DNA of 63,768 nt, the filler included, from Thermoplasmatota archaeon (GTDB lineage: Archaea > Thermoplasmatota > E2 > JACPAO01 > JAHFTW01): the NCBI GenBank assembly GCA_041623215.1. It is 23 parts of 23 records of this genome, joined end to end, with 100 filler letters (N's around TTAATTAATTAA, not from the genome) between each part and the next. Parts side by side here need not be neighbours in the genome. Positions count along the whole stretch, not along the records: positions 9,683 to 12,732 come from JBFJXH010000183.1; positions 12,833 to 15,839 come from JBFJXH010000184.1; positions 15,940 to 18,833 come from JBFJXH010000185.1; positions 18,934 to 21,817 come from JBFJXH010000186.1; 19 more parts are not named here. One strand, given 5' to 3'. The position numbers were made by a program, and so were the translations under genes. Below, piece after piece: positions 9,924 to 19,219 of the stretch (position 1 is its first letter; each line of letters starts with the position of its first letter). The notes under the pieces were generated by a model. The model did not search any database, had not been told where the DNA came from, and worked only from the letters and a program-made list of their open reading frames with translations.

Positions 9924-10898
9924 TTAGGCGCCGGCCCCGCCACCAGCAGCGCGCACCCGGGCGTCGCAGCTTCGGCGGTCAAAGGCAACCTCGGCCAGGT
10001 CGGGGGGCGCCAGGCCGGCTTGGACCATGATTCTGTCAAGGACAGATACTGCCTCCAACCACGGCACGGGAACGCTGCTCCGGATGCGTGCTTGGTCCAG
10101 CGCATCGACGGTCAAAGTCTGGCGCGTCTGCCCGTCAGGGGTGCCAAGTTTCACATCCTTCAAGTCAATGCCAAGACCAATAGTCCAGGGGTCCTCCTGG
10201 ACAAAGGTGCTGGGCTGGGGCAATGGGAATGCCGCTCGACCTGGTTGGTCTGGCAACACTTGCGCCACGAGCGCTGCCGCATGCGGCGACGCGGCGACAA
10301 AGTCGCCCAAGTCAACGTGATACCGGTAGGCGCTTCGCCCCCAGGGAGAGCCGGACGCATCGCCGCCATCTCCAAACGGTTGCTGGATTTCGGCCCGGCT
10401 TCGTTCGAAGTCCGCAAACCAATCATTGATGCGGCGGAAATCGGCGCCGGTCATTTCTCGGACCAGGCCTTGGAAGGCGTCCCGGATGTCCAGGCGGTCA
10501 TAGTTGCCATCCAATTCAGCCCGCAAGACGCCTGGTTCGAAGCGGAACTCGTTGTACACAATGCGCCCACTGGGGGCCGGCATAGCCCAGGCCAGACTGA
10601 TTACGTGGTAGTCGGTCCAGTTAGCCGGTGACCGGACGAGGGCCGGCGGCGACGGCCGCGACTGCACTTCCTCACCCTTCCACGTGCCGTTCGGGATCCG
10701 GTTGAACAGACCCGTGGGCCACCACAAGAGCTCTCGAACGTCTGCTGGGCAGCCGTCGTCCGCATAGGGGTCGAAGGGCTGTTGGCCAGGTCCGCCGGCT
10801 GGATTGGTGAAGCAACCCGAAAGGGGCAGCATGAGGGCGACGGCTGTGAAGGCGAACAGCGCACGCAGCACAGCGGTCCATGGTGGGGCCGGGTTCAT
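9924..10898 (-). CDS. Putative lipoprotein, unknown function
   Basis: Hydrophobic stretch plus LSGC lipobox; directly downstream of gltX. Confidence 0.7.
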   Translation of the reverse strand: MNPAPPWTAVLRALFAFTAVALMLPLSGCFTNPAGGPGQQPFDPYADDGCPADVRELLWWPTGLFNRIPNGTWKGEEVQSRPSPPALVRSPANWTDYHVISLAWAMPAPSGRIVYNEFRFEPGVLRAELDGNYDRLDIRDAFQGLVREMTGADFRRINDWFADFERSRAEIQQPFGDGGDASGSPWGRSAYRYHVDLGDFVAASPHAAALVAQVLPDQPGRAAFPLPQPSTFVQEDPWTIGLGIDLKDVKLGTPDGQTRQTLTVDALDQARIRSSVPVPWLEAVSVLDRIMVQAGLAPPDLAEVAFDRRSCDARVRAAGGGAGA

Positions 10899-10934
10899 GG
10901 CGCTTGTGATGTTGCCTACGCTGAGCGAACGCCA

Positions 10935-12710
10935 TCAGCTGTGCAGCCAAATGCCGCGCGACGGAGTCTCGACTCGCACAAAGCCAAAGCGCTCGAATTG
11001 GACCACTTTGCCCACCCATTCGCTCAGGTCTCCTTCGACCTGGCCGTTAATCTCGTGAAGCGAAGGTAGGCTGTCCGGTGGCGCATCGGAAGTCACAGCA
11101 ACCGGCCGCAAAACCCGGAAGGCCGTGGCGTCGTCAGGCAGCCATTGAACGATGGCCACGCTGCGGTCTAGGTCGGCACCTTGCCAGGCCCACGGTGCAG
11201 GAGTCCCCCGGTCGCCAGCGGTCGCACCGCCCTCGGACAACTGGGCAAGGTTACCCAAATCCTTGAGGCGCAGGCGCCCGTTGCTGGTAGCCAGGTCTGC
11301 AGCGGGGACAACTACTGATGCGGTCGCTGTCAAGCTCCGCGCTCCCCGGTCGGGGAAACTGGGATGCACCAACGGCTTCGCGACGCGACCTTCAATTCCG
11401 TCAACGTGCAGCTTCACCGGGTCGGGCACGAAGAAGCGCCGCGGCGCCACATCGTCGTGGGCCTTGGCATCCTCCGCATCTAGGTTTTCCATGGACACAG
11501 CCACATCTTTCTCGCTCAGGCCCAGGCTCACCCAAAATCGGCGCAGGGCGGAGGCATCGTAGCCACGGCGCCGGAGCGCCGCAATGGTTGGCAAGCGGGG
11601 GTCATCCCAGCCCTCAAAGTTCCCATTCTCAATGTGCTGGCGCATCCAACTGGTGCTGAATTTACCGAACTCATGAATCTTGATGCGACCCCAGTAGAGC
11701 GTCTGCGGGTAGGTCCAGCCCAGATGCTCGTACAGGAAGTGCTGCTTGCGCGTGGAATCCATCAAGTCCTTGCCGCGGATGATGTGAGTCACGCCTTGCA
11801 GGTGGTCCTCAATGGCCGATTCGAAGTCCAGCAGTGGCCAGCAGGCGTAGTGCCCTATTTCGCCGGCGGCCTCCCGGGGGTGGACCGCGTCCTCGGCGAC
11901 AATCCGGAACGCCGTCCAGTCGCGAAGCGCAGGGTCGGGGTGGTCGATGCGGGTCTTGATACGAAGGACCGCCTGCCCCGCGGCGAAGTCGCCTTCCACC
12001 ATGCGGTCAAACGCTGCAAGGTTCGCCTCAACGCCGGAATCTCGGTGTTGGCACGGCGTGGCCTGATTCTTCAGGTCGCGCCAGGCTCCCGCCTCACACG
12101 TGCACACGTAGGCGCCGCCTTGCCGGATGACCTGGCGGGCATGGTCGTAATACTCGGTCAGGCGGTCGCTGGCTTTGACGATGCGGTCGGGTTCGCGGCC
12201 GGCCAGCCACGTGTAATCTGCCACACACATGTCGTAGCCATTCCATCCGCGTGCCTCATCCCACAGGGGGGGCTTGACCTGTGGGTCTGTGTCGTCAAGG
12301 CGCAGGACCACTTCGCCGCCATGCATGCGGGCATACTCGGCCATCACGGCGACGCCACGGGCGTGGCCAAGGCTGAGGGGGCCATTGGGGTTCGGTGCAA
12401 AACGGAGCACGACCTTGGCGACGTCGTCCGCACCGGGCAACGGTCGCAGGCCTTCCTGCCGCTCGCGCTTCTGCACTTGCAGCAAATCAGGCGCCTCCGC
12501 TTCCAGCGCCGCTCGCGCACCATCTTGGCCTAGCGCATTGACGTCGGCCGCGGCTTGATGGAGCGCCTTGGCCACCGCCCCGGGATCGGCACGAAATTCT
12601 GGGTGGGCCCCCATCACGCGTCCCATCAGGCGCTTCGCGTCGGCGCTACCGTGCTCTGCGGCATTTTGCAGGCAGATGCGGCGGGCAACGGTTGCCAAGT
12701 CCTCGGTCAC
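10935..12710 (-). CDS. gltX: Glutamate--tRNA ligase, archaeal type
   Basis: RFAPNPNGPLSLGH, RLDDTDP, GVTHIIRGKDL, WDDPRLPT, VQFERFGF; archaeal N-terminal extension. Confidence 0.96.
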   Translation of the reverse strand: MTEDLATVARRICLQNAAEHGSADAKRLMGRVMGAHPEFRADPGAVAKALHQAAADVNALGQDGARAALEAEAPDLLQVQKRERQEGLRPLPGADDVAKVVLRFAPNPNGPLSLGHARGVAVMAEYARMHGGEVVLRLDDTDPQVKPPLWDEARGWNGYDMCVADYTWLAGREPDRIVKASDRLTEYYDHARQVIRQGGAYVCTCEAGAWRDLKNQATPCQHRDSGVEANLAAFDRMVEGDFAAGQAVLRIKTRIDHPDPALRDWTAFRIVAEDAVHPREAAGEIGHYACWPLLDFESAIEDHLQGVTHIIRGKDLMDSTRKQHFLYEHLGWTYPQTLYWGRIKIHEFGKFSTSWMRQHIENGNFEGWDDPRLPTIAALRRRGYDASALRRFWVSLGLSEKDVAVSMENLDAEDAKAHDDVAPRRFFVPDPVKLHVDGIEGRVAKPLVHPSFPDRGARSLTATASVVVPAADLATSNGRLRLKDLGNLAQLSEGGATAGDRGTPAPWAWQGADLDRSVAIVQWLPDDATAFRVLRPVAVTSDAPPDSLPSLHEINGQVEGDLSEWVGKVVQFERFGFVRVETPSRGIWLHS

Positions 12711-12832
12711 GGCGCGGCGACCGGCGGCCCCGNNNNNNNNNNNNNNNNNNNNNNNNNNNNNNNNNNNNNNNNNNNNTTAATTAATTAANNNNNNNNNNNN
12801 NNNNNNNNNNNNNNNNNNNNNNNNNNNNNNNN

Positions 12833-13444
12833 ATCAAATTCGTCACAATCCTCCCGGTTGACAAAGAAAATGACCGCCGCTTCGTGGCCCTCCGTGACAA
12901 CATGGGCCAACTCGCGCATGTGCTTGGCGCCGCGGGCCGTCACGGCATCCGGAAACAGTGCCGTGGCCCCGTCCGCCAGCGTCGTGTTCTTCACCTCGAC
13001 ATAGGTCAATCCAGACTCTTTGCTGCCAAGCAGCAAGTCAATGCGGCTTCGCCCGTCGGCACCGTACGGCACTTCCGTGCGCAGGCCGTGGTCGCCGGAC
13101 AGACCCGGAACGAGCCCCGCCTCAATTGCCCACCGCACCACTTGGTTGGGTCGGTGCGTGTTGCAGCCCACCCAACACGTGCCGTCCAGGGGACGAACCA
13201 GCTCCCAGGTCCACTTTAGCTTGCGAGCGGGATCTGCCACGTGGCGGACCAAGACGTCGCTGCCAGGCTCGGCCATGCCAAGCATGCTGCCCGAATTGGC
13301 ACAATGAACGGTCACCTCATCCCCGGGCGCCCCATGTTCTGTTGTTGGGGCATCCGGCGCCAACACTACATCAGCAAGAAACCGCTTGTAACGACGCTGC
13401 AAGGTGCCGGCGACAAGGGGCGACTCGAACGGATTGAATAGCAC
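12833..13444 (-). CDS. sfsA: SfsA family nuclease (3' truncated; overlaps the copy at 56703)
   Basis: RYKRFLADV, HCANSGSM, SRIDLLL, YVEVKNTTL, FPDAVTARGAKH. Confidence 0.93.
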
Positions 13445-13453
13445 AGGTGCCGC

Positions 13454-14260
13454 CTAGCGGCCCAACACTTTGGCCTTGGCGGCTTCGAATTCGTCGTCCG
13501 TCAGCTTGTCATCTTCGTGGAGCGCCGCCAGCATGCTAAGCTGGCCTGCAACCGAGTGGGGCGCCGCATCTGCCATGGCCTCCTCGACAATTTCCTCTTC
13601 CTCGTTGCGGATGATGGCTGCACTCACTTGACTTGCCAGCACGCCAATGGTGCCAATGCCGGTGACCATCAGGACGACGGCCACAGCTCGACCAATGCGA
13701 GTGATGGGCGTAATGTCGCCATACCCCACGGTCGTCACCGTCACTACGGCCCACCAAATGGCTTCGCTCAATTCGTGCAAATCCGTGTTGACGCCGCGCT
13801 CGGCCAGCCAAACCAGTACTGCGCCTCCAAGCGTGATGGCAACCGACGCCACGGCCAGGGGCCGCAGGTCGCTTCCCCGGAACGACGAGAGAAGACGATC
13901 AACCCTCCGTTGCACCCATGGAATGTGGTCCACGAGCGTGAAGAGGCGAACCAGACGAATGAGCCGGAGGAAGCCCAGGCCCGCAAAGACCAGCGGGACC
14001 ATGCCCAGCAGATGCCACCAACTGCGCGCAACCTGGCGCCGCCGGTTCTTCGCCTCCATCAGATCAAGGACCCAATCGGCTAGGAACCACGCAACCAGCA
14101 CGCCGTCGACAATCAAGATGAGGCGCCGCATTTGTCCCTCCGGCCGCGTTAGGTCAAACCAGTAGACCAAGGCCACGCTGGCCACCGTGAGGGTGGCGAT
14201 TACTGCATCATGGCGCCACCAGCTACCAAGCAGGCCTGATTTGCCAGCACGGCCTGCCAC
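13454..14260 (-). CDS. Voltage-gated-type (6TM) potassium channel with C-terminal SHOCT domain
   Basis: TVTTVGYGD filter; LRLIRLVRL S4-like helix; LTDDEFEAAKAKVL. Confidence 0.92.
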   Translation of the reverse strand: MAGRAGKSGLLGSWWRHDAVIATLTVASVALVYWFDLTRPEGQMRRLILIVDGVLVAWFLADWVLDLMEAKNRRRQVARSWWHLLGMVPLVFAGLGFLRLIRLVRLFTLVDHIPWVQRRVDRLLSSFRGSDLRPLAVASVAITLGGAVLVWLAERGVNTDLHELSEAIWWAVVTVTTVGYGDITPITRIGRAVAVVLMVTGIGTIGVLASQVSAAIIRNEEEEIVEEAMADAAPHSVAGQLSMLAALHEDDKLTDDEFEAAKAKVLGR

Positions 14261-14261
14261 A

Positions 14262-15137
14262 CTATTCCCCGAAGGTCACGCGCGTCGGGTAGTCACTACC
14301 CGTCAGGAATGCCACGTGGGCAAAGGGGGGCGCCATGACGGGCGACCGAAGGTACACCGTTAGCTCATGGCCCGCCAGGTGGTGGATGCCCAAGTCAGCG
14401 GTCCACTGGCAAGGCTGTCGTTCACAGTCTCCCCTGGTCCAATTGAGCGTGTCGCCCGACGGCGGTGGCCCTGTACGGACCTCTGCAATCAAACGCCCAT
14501 CTACGAGGAGCGCCACCGCATACTCCAGCATGGCTGCCGGGTCGTTGCTCACTTCCCAAAACGTCACCGATACCTTCTCCTCGAAATTGAACCCGCCTGG
14601 CGGCTGCCACGTCCAGTGGCTGTGGATGGCTTGGTGCCGGGGCCCAAACACGCCGCCAGCCACCTGCGTACCAGGCGTCGGGCCCTCAGATCCTAGCATG
14701 GGCCGCTCTCCTACCAGGGAATCCACTTGATTGACCGTGCTGCTACCCATCATCCACAGCGTCGATGGGGGCGCGGTATTGCCAAGCGGCGCATCTAGGG
14801 CCCGAAACGTGAAATCAAGGCCAGGGGCAGCCATGGGGCGGACCGTCATACGTACAGCATCTTCAGGGACGATGTCCCCGTATTCCAGGTTGGGGGTCGC
14901 AAGACAAGAATCGCCGTCAAAGCACACAATGTAGTAGTCCGCCGACGACCCAGATGTAAACCAAAATGGCGACCCTCGGCACTCATCCGGGACCCCGTAG
15001 ACAATGTCCCGCACGGGTCCCCCGAGCCAAGTTGTTCCATAGCCCGTCTCAGTCCAATTACAAGGAACGGTATCGGAAGCACCACTTGGCACAGCAACCG
15101 CCAGCGCCAAAGAAAGCAAAACTACGGCAATTCGCAT
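14262..15137 (-). CDS. Secreted hypothetical protein
   Basis: Signal peptide MRIAVVLLSLALAVAVPSGA; paired cysteines. Confidence 0.65.
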   Translation of the reverse strand: MRIAVVLLSLALAVAVPSGASDTVPCNWTETGYGTTWLGGPVRDIVYGVPDECRGSPFWFTSGSSADYYIVCFDGDSCLATPNLEYGDIVPEDAVRMTVRPMAAPGLDFTFRALDAPLGNTAPPSTLWMMGSSTVNQVDSLVGERPMLGSEGPTPGTQVAGGVFGPRHQAIHSHWTWQPPGGFNFEEKVSVTFWEVSNDPAAMLEYAVALLVDGRLIAEVRTGPPPSGDTLNWTRGDCERQPCQWTADLGIHHLAGHELTVYLRSPVMAPPFAHVAFLTGSDYPTRVTFGE

Positions 15138-15217
15138 TGTGCAGCCATCTCCTATTCTATCAATGAACCTTGCGCAGTCACGCGCATGTTCAAACGGAGC
15201 TCCAACACTAGGGCACC

Positions 15218-15610
15218 GTGGACCTGCATGAGTTCCGGGCCGCACGCCAACGCAAGACCGACAATCTTCTGCAAGAGGACCACCGAGACCTGAAGCGCTT
15301 CTTCGCCCTTGACTCCGCCGCCTACCGGGACGGCGCCTTGGACGGCAAGACGAAGGAACTACTGGGCCTCGTGGCCAGTACGGTACTTCGTTGCAATGAC
15401 TGCATTGCCTATCATGCCGACCAATGCGTTCAAGCCGGCTGGAGCCGCGACGAGCTTTTGGACGCCCTGAACGTGGCATTGGTCGTCGGCGGCAGCATCA
15501 CAATTCCCCACATCCGCACCGTCTGGGAAGTGGTGGACCAGTTGTTCGATGAGCAGGCACAAGCGCGTAGCAACGATCGCCCCGCCGCGGCCCCGGAGGA
15601 GACGCCATGA
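15218..15610 (+). CDS. Carboxymuconolactone decarboxylase / AhpD family protein
   Basis: GALDGKTKELLGLVASTVLRCNDCIAYH. Confidence 0.88.
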   Translation: MDLHEFRAARQRKTDNLLQEDHRDLKRFFALDSAAYRDGALDGKTKELLGLVASTVLRCNDCIAYHADQCVQAGWSRDELLDALNVALVVGGSITIPHIRTVWEVVDQLFDEQAQARSNDRPAAAPEETP

Positions 15611-15839
15611 AGCACCTTTTGGTCGCCGCCGTGCTGACCGTCACCTTGCTGGCCGGTTGCTTTGGCGGCAGCGACGAGGCTAGCCCCGAGCCGGACCAAG
15701 ATGCGGGCGACCAGCCAGAGGGCGAGTCCGATTCGCCCCCTGTAAGCCCCGCACCGAGCCCAACAACCCCGCCGGCAACACCAACGCCCGCCGGACCCGT
15801 CAGTCTGCTGCAAGATTTTTCCATCACTGGCTGCACCGG
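15607..15839 (+). CDS. Lipoprotein, N-terminal fragment
   Basis: LAGC lipobox, Pro/Thr linker; ATGA overlap with the upstream gene. Confidence 0.7.
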
Positions 15840-15939
15840 NNNNNNNNNNNNNNNNNNNNNNNNNNNNNNNNNNNNNNNNNNNNTTAATTAATTAANNNNN
15901 NNNNNNNNNNNNNNNNNNNNNNNNNNNNNNNNNNNNNNN

Positions 15940-16525
15940 ACATTTGCGCCGATTGAGACAGGTAGGCGGTTTGGCCGAAATACTCGAATTCAAACAAGGT
16001 CGATCCGCCTTCGCAAGCGTTGGTTGTAATGACCGACGGGTCCACCTCGGTGAAGCCCTCCTGGTTGTAGAATTCGCGGACGGCGGAGAGCAGGCGGCTC
16101 TTGATGCGGAGGACGGTTGAGAGTTGACTGCTCCTTAGCCAAAGGTGGCGGTTGTCCAATTAGAATTCAATGCCTTGTTCGCCCTTGAGGGGAAAGTCAC
16201 CGCTCGGGCCATGCGGCTCATGCAGATCAAAAGCGGTCACCTTGACTTCGTAGCCACCCGGCGCCCGTTCGTCCTTGGCAACCGTGCCCTCCAAGCGGCT
16301 GATGCTTGCCTCGTTGAGGGCCCGCTTGGCTCGCTCGAGCGAGTCGTCGTCGGCGATGCCTGCCTTGACCGTACACTGGACGGTGCCGGTGCCATCCCGC
16401 AGTGTGACGAAGGCAATCTTGCCGCCGCTTCGTTGCCGGTGCACCCAGCCGCGCAGGCGGACCTCTGCATCTGTGCATTTGCCCGCCAGAATGTCGGCCA
16501 CGGTGTGCCATTCATCTTGGCCCAT
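15940..16525 (-). pseudogene. asnS: Asparagine--tRNA ligase 5' part with an in-frame TAA at 16160-16162 (sequence error or nonsense allele)
   Basis: OB-fold LRGWV..R.GGKIAF..LRDGTG; ...GIEF*LDNRHLWLRS...CEGGSTLF..YF...AYLSQSAQ continues in the same frame. Confidence 0.85.
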
Positions 16526-16685
16526 GTGGCGGCGACCGGGCCACCCCATTAGAAGGTCGCCTTCAAGTTCGTCGCCGCTACAAGCGGCGGCCCCCTGCGC
16601 CGGGTTGCAACCCACATGGAGCGAACCAGGTACATTCACTCACGGGGACCAAGAAGCTTCCAGCCGCTGCTGCATCCGGTTCTTT

Positions 16686-17186
16686 GTGGCCTTCGCCGTT
16701 ATCGCCTGTAGCCACTGCCGCCTGCCATGGACCATTGAAGCACGCCACAAGCGAGCTTCCTGTCCCCGGTGTCGAGTGCAAGTCATCACCGGTACTAGGC
16801 GTAGGTTGTGGGAAGGCGAAGACGGCCGCGAAGCGCAGCGCGTGGCCGCCGAATTGGCCACGCAAATGGCCACCCTGCATCGAGGCGCCGGGGCTTTGCA
16901 TCCCCCTCCGCTCGAACCGCCCCGGCCCCTCGTGCAACACGATACTCCCGTTGACGCGGCCGCAGCAGCCGGGCGGCGGGAGCGCAATGCGTCGCGCCGG
17001 GCAGAAGCCGTCACCGTGGCCCTCACCCGCCTGCTTGGCGAGCACGACCACGCCGAAACACTGTCGGCGCTGCAACGTGCCGGCATCCCCGCCGCGCGTG
17101 CCGAGCAGGAAATTGTTCGGATGCTCGCCACCGATTACCTCTTCGAGCCCCGCGTCGGCCACTATCGAGTGCTGGACGCGTCGTAG
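16686..17186 (+). CDS. Zn-ribbon plus winged-helix protein (DUF1922/DUF5817-like)
   Basis: FAVIACSHC...CPRC at the N-terminus; LFEPRVGHYRVL wing at the C-terminus. Confidence 0.7.
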   Translation: MAFAVIACSHCRLPWTIEARHKRASCPRCRVQVITGTRRRLWEGEDGREAQRVAAELATQMATLHRGAGALHPPPLEPPRPLVQHDTPVDAAAAAGRRERNASRRAEAVTVALTRLLGEHDHAETLSALQRAGIPAARAEQEIVRMLATDYLFEPRVGHYRVLDAS

Positions 17187-17187
17187 A

Positions 17188-17994
17188 TCACGGCTTGTTC
17201 GCTTTGTCGTCCGAGGTCTGGCTCGCGTTACGCGCAGCGCGGCGTCGGTCTCGCTCTACTTGTTTGCGAATCTCGGGGGGTACGATGGTGTCGAGGACGC
17301 GCTTGGAGCCCACCATGAGTAAGCCGATGCCGTACGCCATGGCGAGGGCAGCGGGCAGCACGACGACCGTGTTGCCTTGGCCGAGGCTTGGCCAGGCCAG
17401 CCAATAGAGCGTGAGAATCGGAGCTTGCAGCACCAAGCCAAATGCAACGCCCCGCCAAAGCTTCCCTTGGCTACATTCCCGCCCGATGTAGATGCCTGCG
17501 CCACCGTGCACCAGACCACCTCCAAGAAACAGGGCGGCCATGGCAAGAAAGCTGGCAATGCGACCCGGCTCAAGCAGGTAGGGATTGCCAACCGCATCGG
17601 CCGTGGCCAAGCTGCGGGCGATTCGTTGTAGTCCCGCCATGGCACCGAAGCCAAGGCCCAGGGCTGCGCCATAGTACGGCGTATCTTTGCGCGTTCGATA
17701 CCCCTTGCTTCCAAGGACCACCGCCTTGGCCAGGGACTCTAGGATGGCATAGCCCGCCACGAACAAGAGAAACGCCCAACCGATGCCAAAGGCGGCTGAA
17801 AGCTTCGGATCCGCAAACGGAAACAGGACCGTTTCAAGGAAGGTGACTAGTAGCCCCCCGAACAAACCAAACGTCAGCGAAATGAAGACGCGGGCGTCAT
17901 CGAAGTACGCCTCATAGCGCCGCAGCAGGTACCACAGGGCGGCCATGGCTGGTAGAATCGCGGCAATGGCGGCCACGAGGGTTGGGCTGACCAC
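17188..17994 (-). CDS. PrsW-like polytopic membrane protein with degenerate catalytic motifs
   Basis: ES..K, YGAALGLGFGA, one His; about 7-8 TM helices. Confidence 0.65.
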   Translation of the reverse strand: MVSPTLVAAIAAILPAMAALWYLLRRYEAYFDDARVFISLTFGLFGGLLVTFLETVLFPFADPKLSAAFGIGWAFLLFVAGYAILESLAKAVVLGSKGYRTRKDTPYYGAALGLGFGAMAGLQRIARSLATADAVGNPYLLEPGRIASFLAMAALFLGGGLVHGGAGIYIGRECSQGKLWRGVAFGLVLQAPILTLYWLAWPSLGQGNTVVVLPAALAMAYGIGLLMVGSKRVLDTIVPPEIRKQVERDRRRAARNASQTSDDKANKP

Positions 17995-18117
17995 GGCGCC
18001 GCCAGACCTTGCGGGTTTAAGCGGGCGCGCCCGCGACCACACCCCGCGCTGGCTCGGCGCCTGGGGGCGCCCAGTCGCCGCGGGCGACTTTTACGCGCGT
18101 TGCCCGTGCCAGCCTCC

Positions 18118-18804
18118 GTGACCGCGACACCGCGCATCATCATCAACGCCAAAGTGTACCCGCAAGTGACCGGCCACGACGCCATCGAGCGCCTCGCTAA
18201 GGCTTGCCAGTCGGTCGCCCAGGAAGTGGGAAGCCCCATCGGCTTGGCTCCCCCGACGGTGGAGCTAGCGACGGTCGGCCGCGGACTTGATGTGCCGGAC
18301 GTGGTGGTCTTCGCCCAGCACGTGGATCGCCTGGAACCGGGAGCTGGCACCGGCCACGTTACAGTCGAGGCCATCGCTGCGGCCGGCGCCCAGGGCACCA
18401 TCCTGAATCATGCCGAGCACAAGATTGACCATGACTTGGCGGCCGAGACCTTGACGCGCGTGCACAAGGCCGGTTTGCAGAGTCTCGTTTGCGCCGACGG
18501 CATGCCGGAAACCCGCGCGTTGGCGCCGCTGGTGCCCACCTACTTGGCAGTCGAGCCACCCGCCCTGATTGGCGGCGACGTTTCCGTCACCAAGGCAGAT
18601 CCAGCCATCGTGAGCGATGCTGTTGCGGCCGTCCAGCAACTAAGCCCGGCAACCCTGACCTTGTGCGGAGCCGGCGTCAAAACCGGCATCGACGTCTCAA
18701 CGGCCATCGAATTGGGCGCGCACGGTGTACTGCTCGCAAGCGGCGTCGTCAAGGCCGCGGACCCGCACGCGGCTCTCCTGGACCTAGCTCGTGGCTTGCC
18801 CTAG
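18118..18804 (+). CDS. tpiA: Triosephosphate isomerase, archaeal type
   Basis: IINAKVY, AQHVD, LNHAEH, AVEPPALIG, CGAGV, GVLLASGVVKA. Confidence 0.96.
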   Translation: MTATPRIIINAKVYPQVTGHDAIERLAKACQSVAQEVGSPIGLAPPTVELATVGRGLDVPDVVVFAQHVDRLEPGAGTGHVTVEAIAAAGAQGTILNHAEHKIDHDLAAETLTRVHKAGLQSLVCADGMPETRALAPLVPTYLAVEPPALIGGDVSVTKADPAIVSDAVAAVQQLSPATLTLCGAGVKTGIDVSTAIELGAHGVLLASGVVKAADPHAALLDLARGLP

Positions 18805-18933
18805 CAGATGGCACCCCCAACCGACTGCCGCGGNNNNNNNNNNNNNNNNNNNNNNNNNNNNNNNNNNNNNNNNNNNNTTAATTAATTAANNNNNNNNNNN
18901 NNNNNNNNNNNNNNNNNNNNNNNNNNNNNNNNN

Positions 18934-19178
18934 ACGGAGAGCCAGCCCCGGCTCAATTCCTCGGCCACAACGACCATGGTCTGGTTATCCAACCCCAAAC
19001 CGCCGTACTCTTCGGGAAACAGGATGCCGGTGTAGCCCTGCGCGCCCATCTTTGCAATCAGCTCCGGGGGCAACAAGGTCTGCTCGCGGTCCCATTTGTC
19101 CACGTTCGGCGCCACTTCTTGGGCAACGAAGTCACGCACGTTCTGGCGAAAGGCATCGAGGACGTCGGGGTCGCTCAC
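18934..19178 (-). CDS. Acyl-CoA dehydrogenase, N-terminal fragment
   Basis: FRQNVRDFV..EVAP, PEEYGGLG, EELSRG. Confidence 0.9.
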
Positions 19179-19219
19179 AAGGCGGCACCGGAGGGCTGGC
19201 AAATAGGTGGCGGGTTGCC

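Noticed and set aside
16160..16162. Genome-wide TAA reassignment or Sec/Pyl recoding
   Set aside because: TAA terminates other genes normally (e.g. 25596, 26363, 36621); Sec and Pyl use TGA and TAG; this is a single instance.
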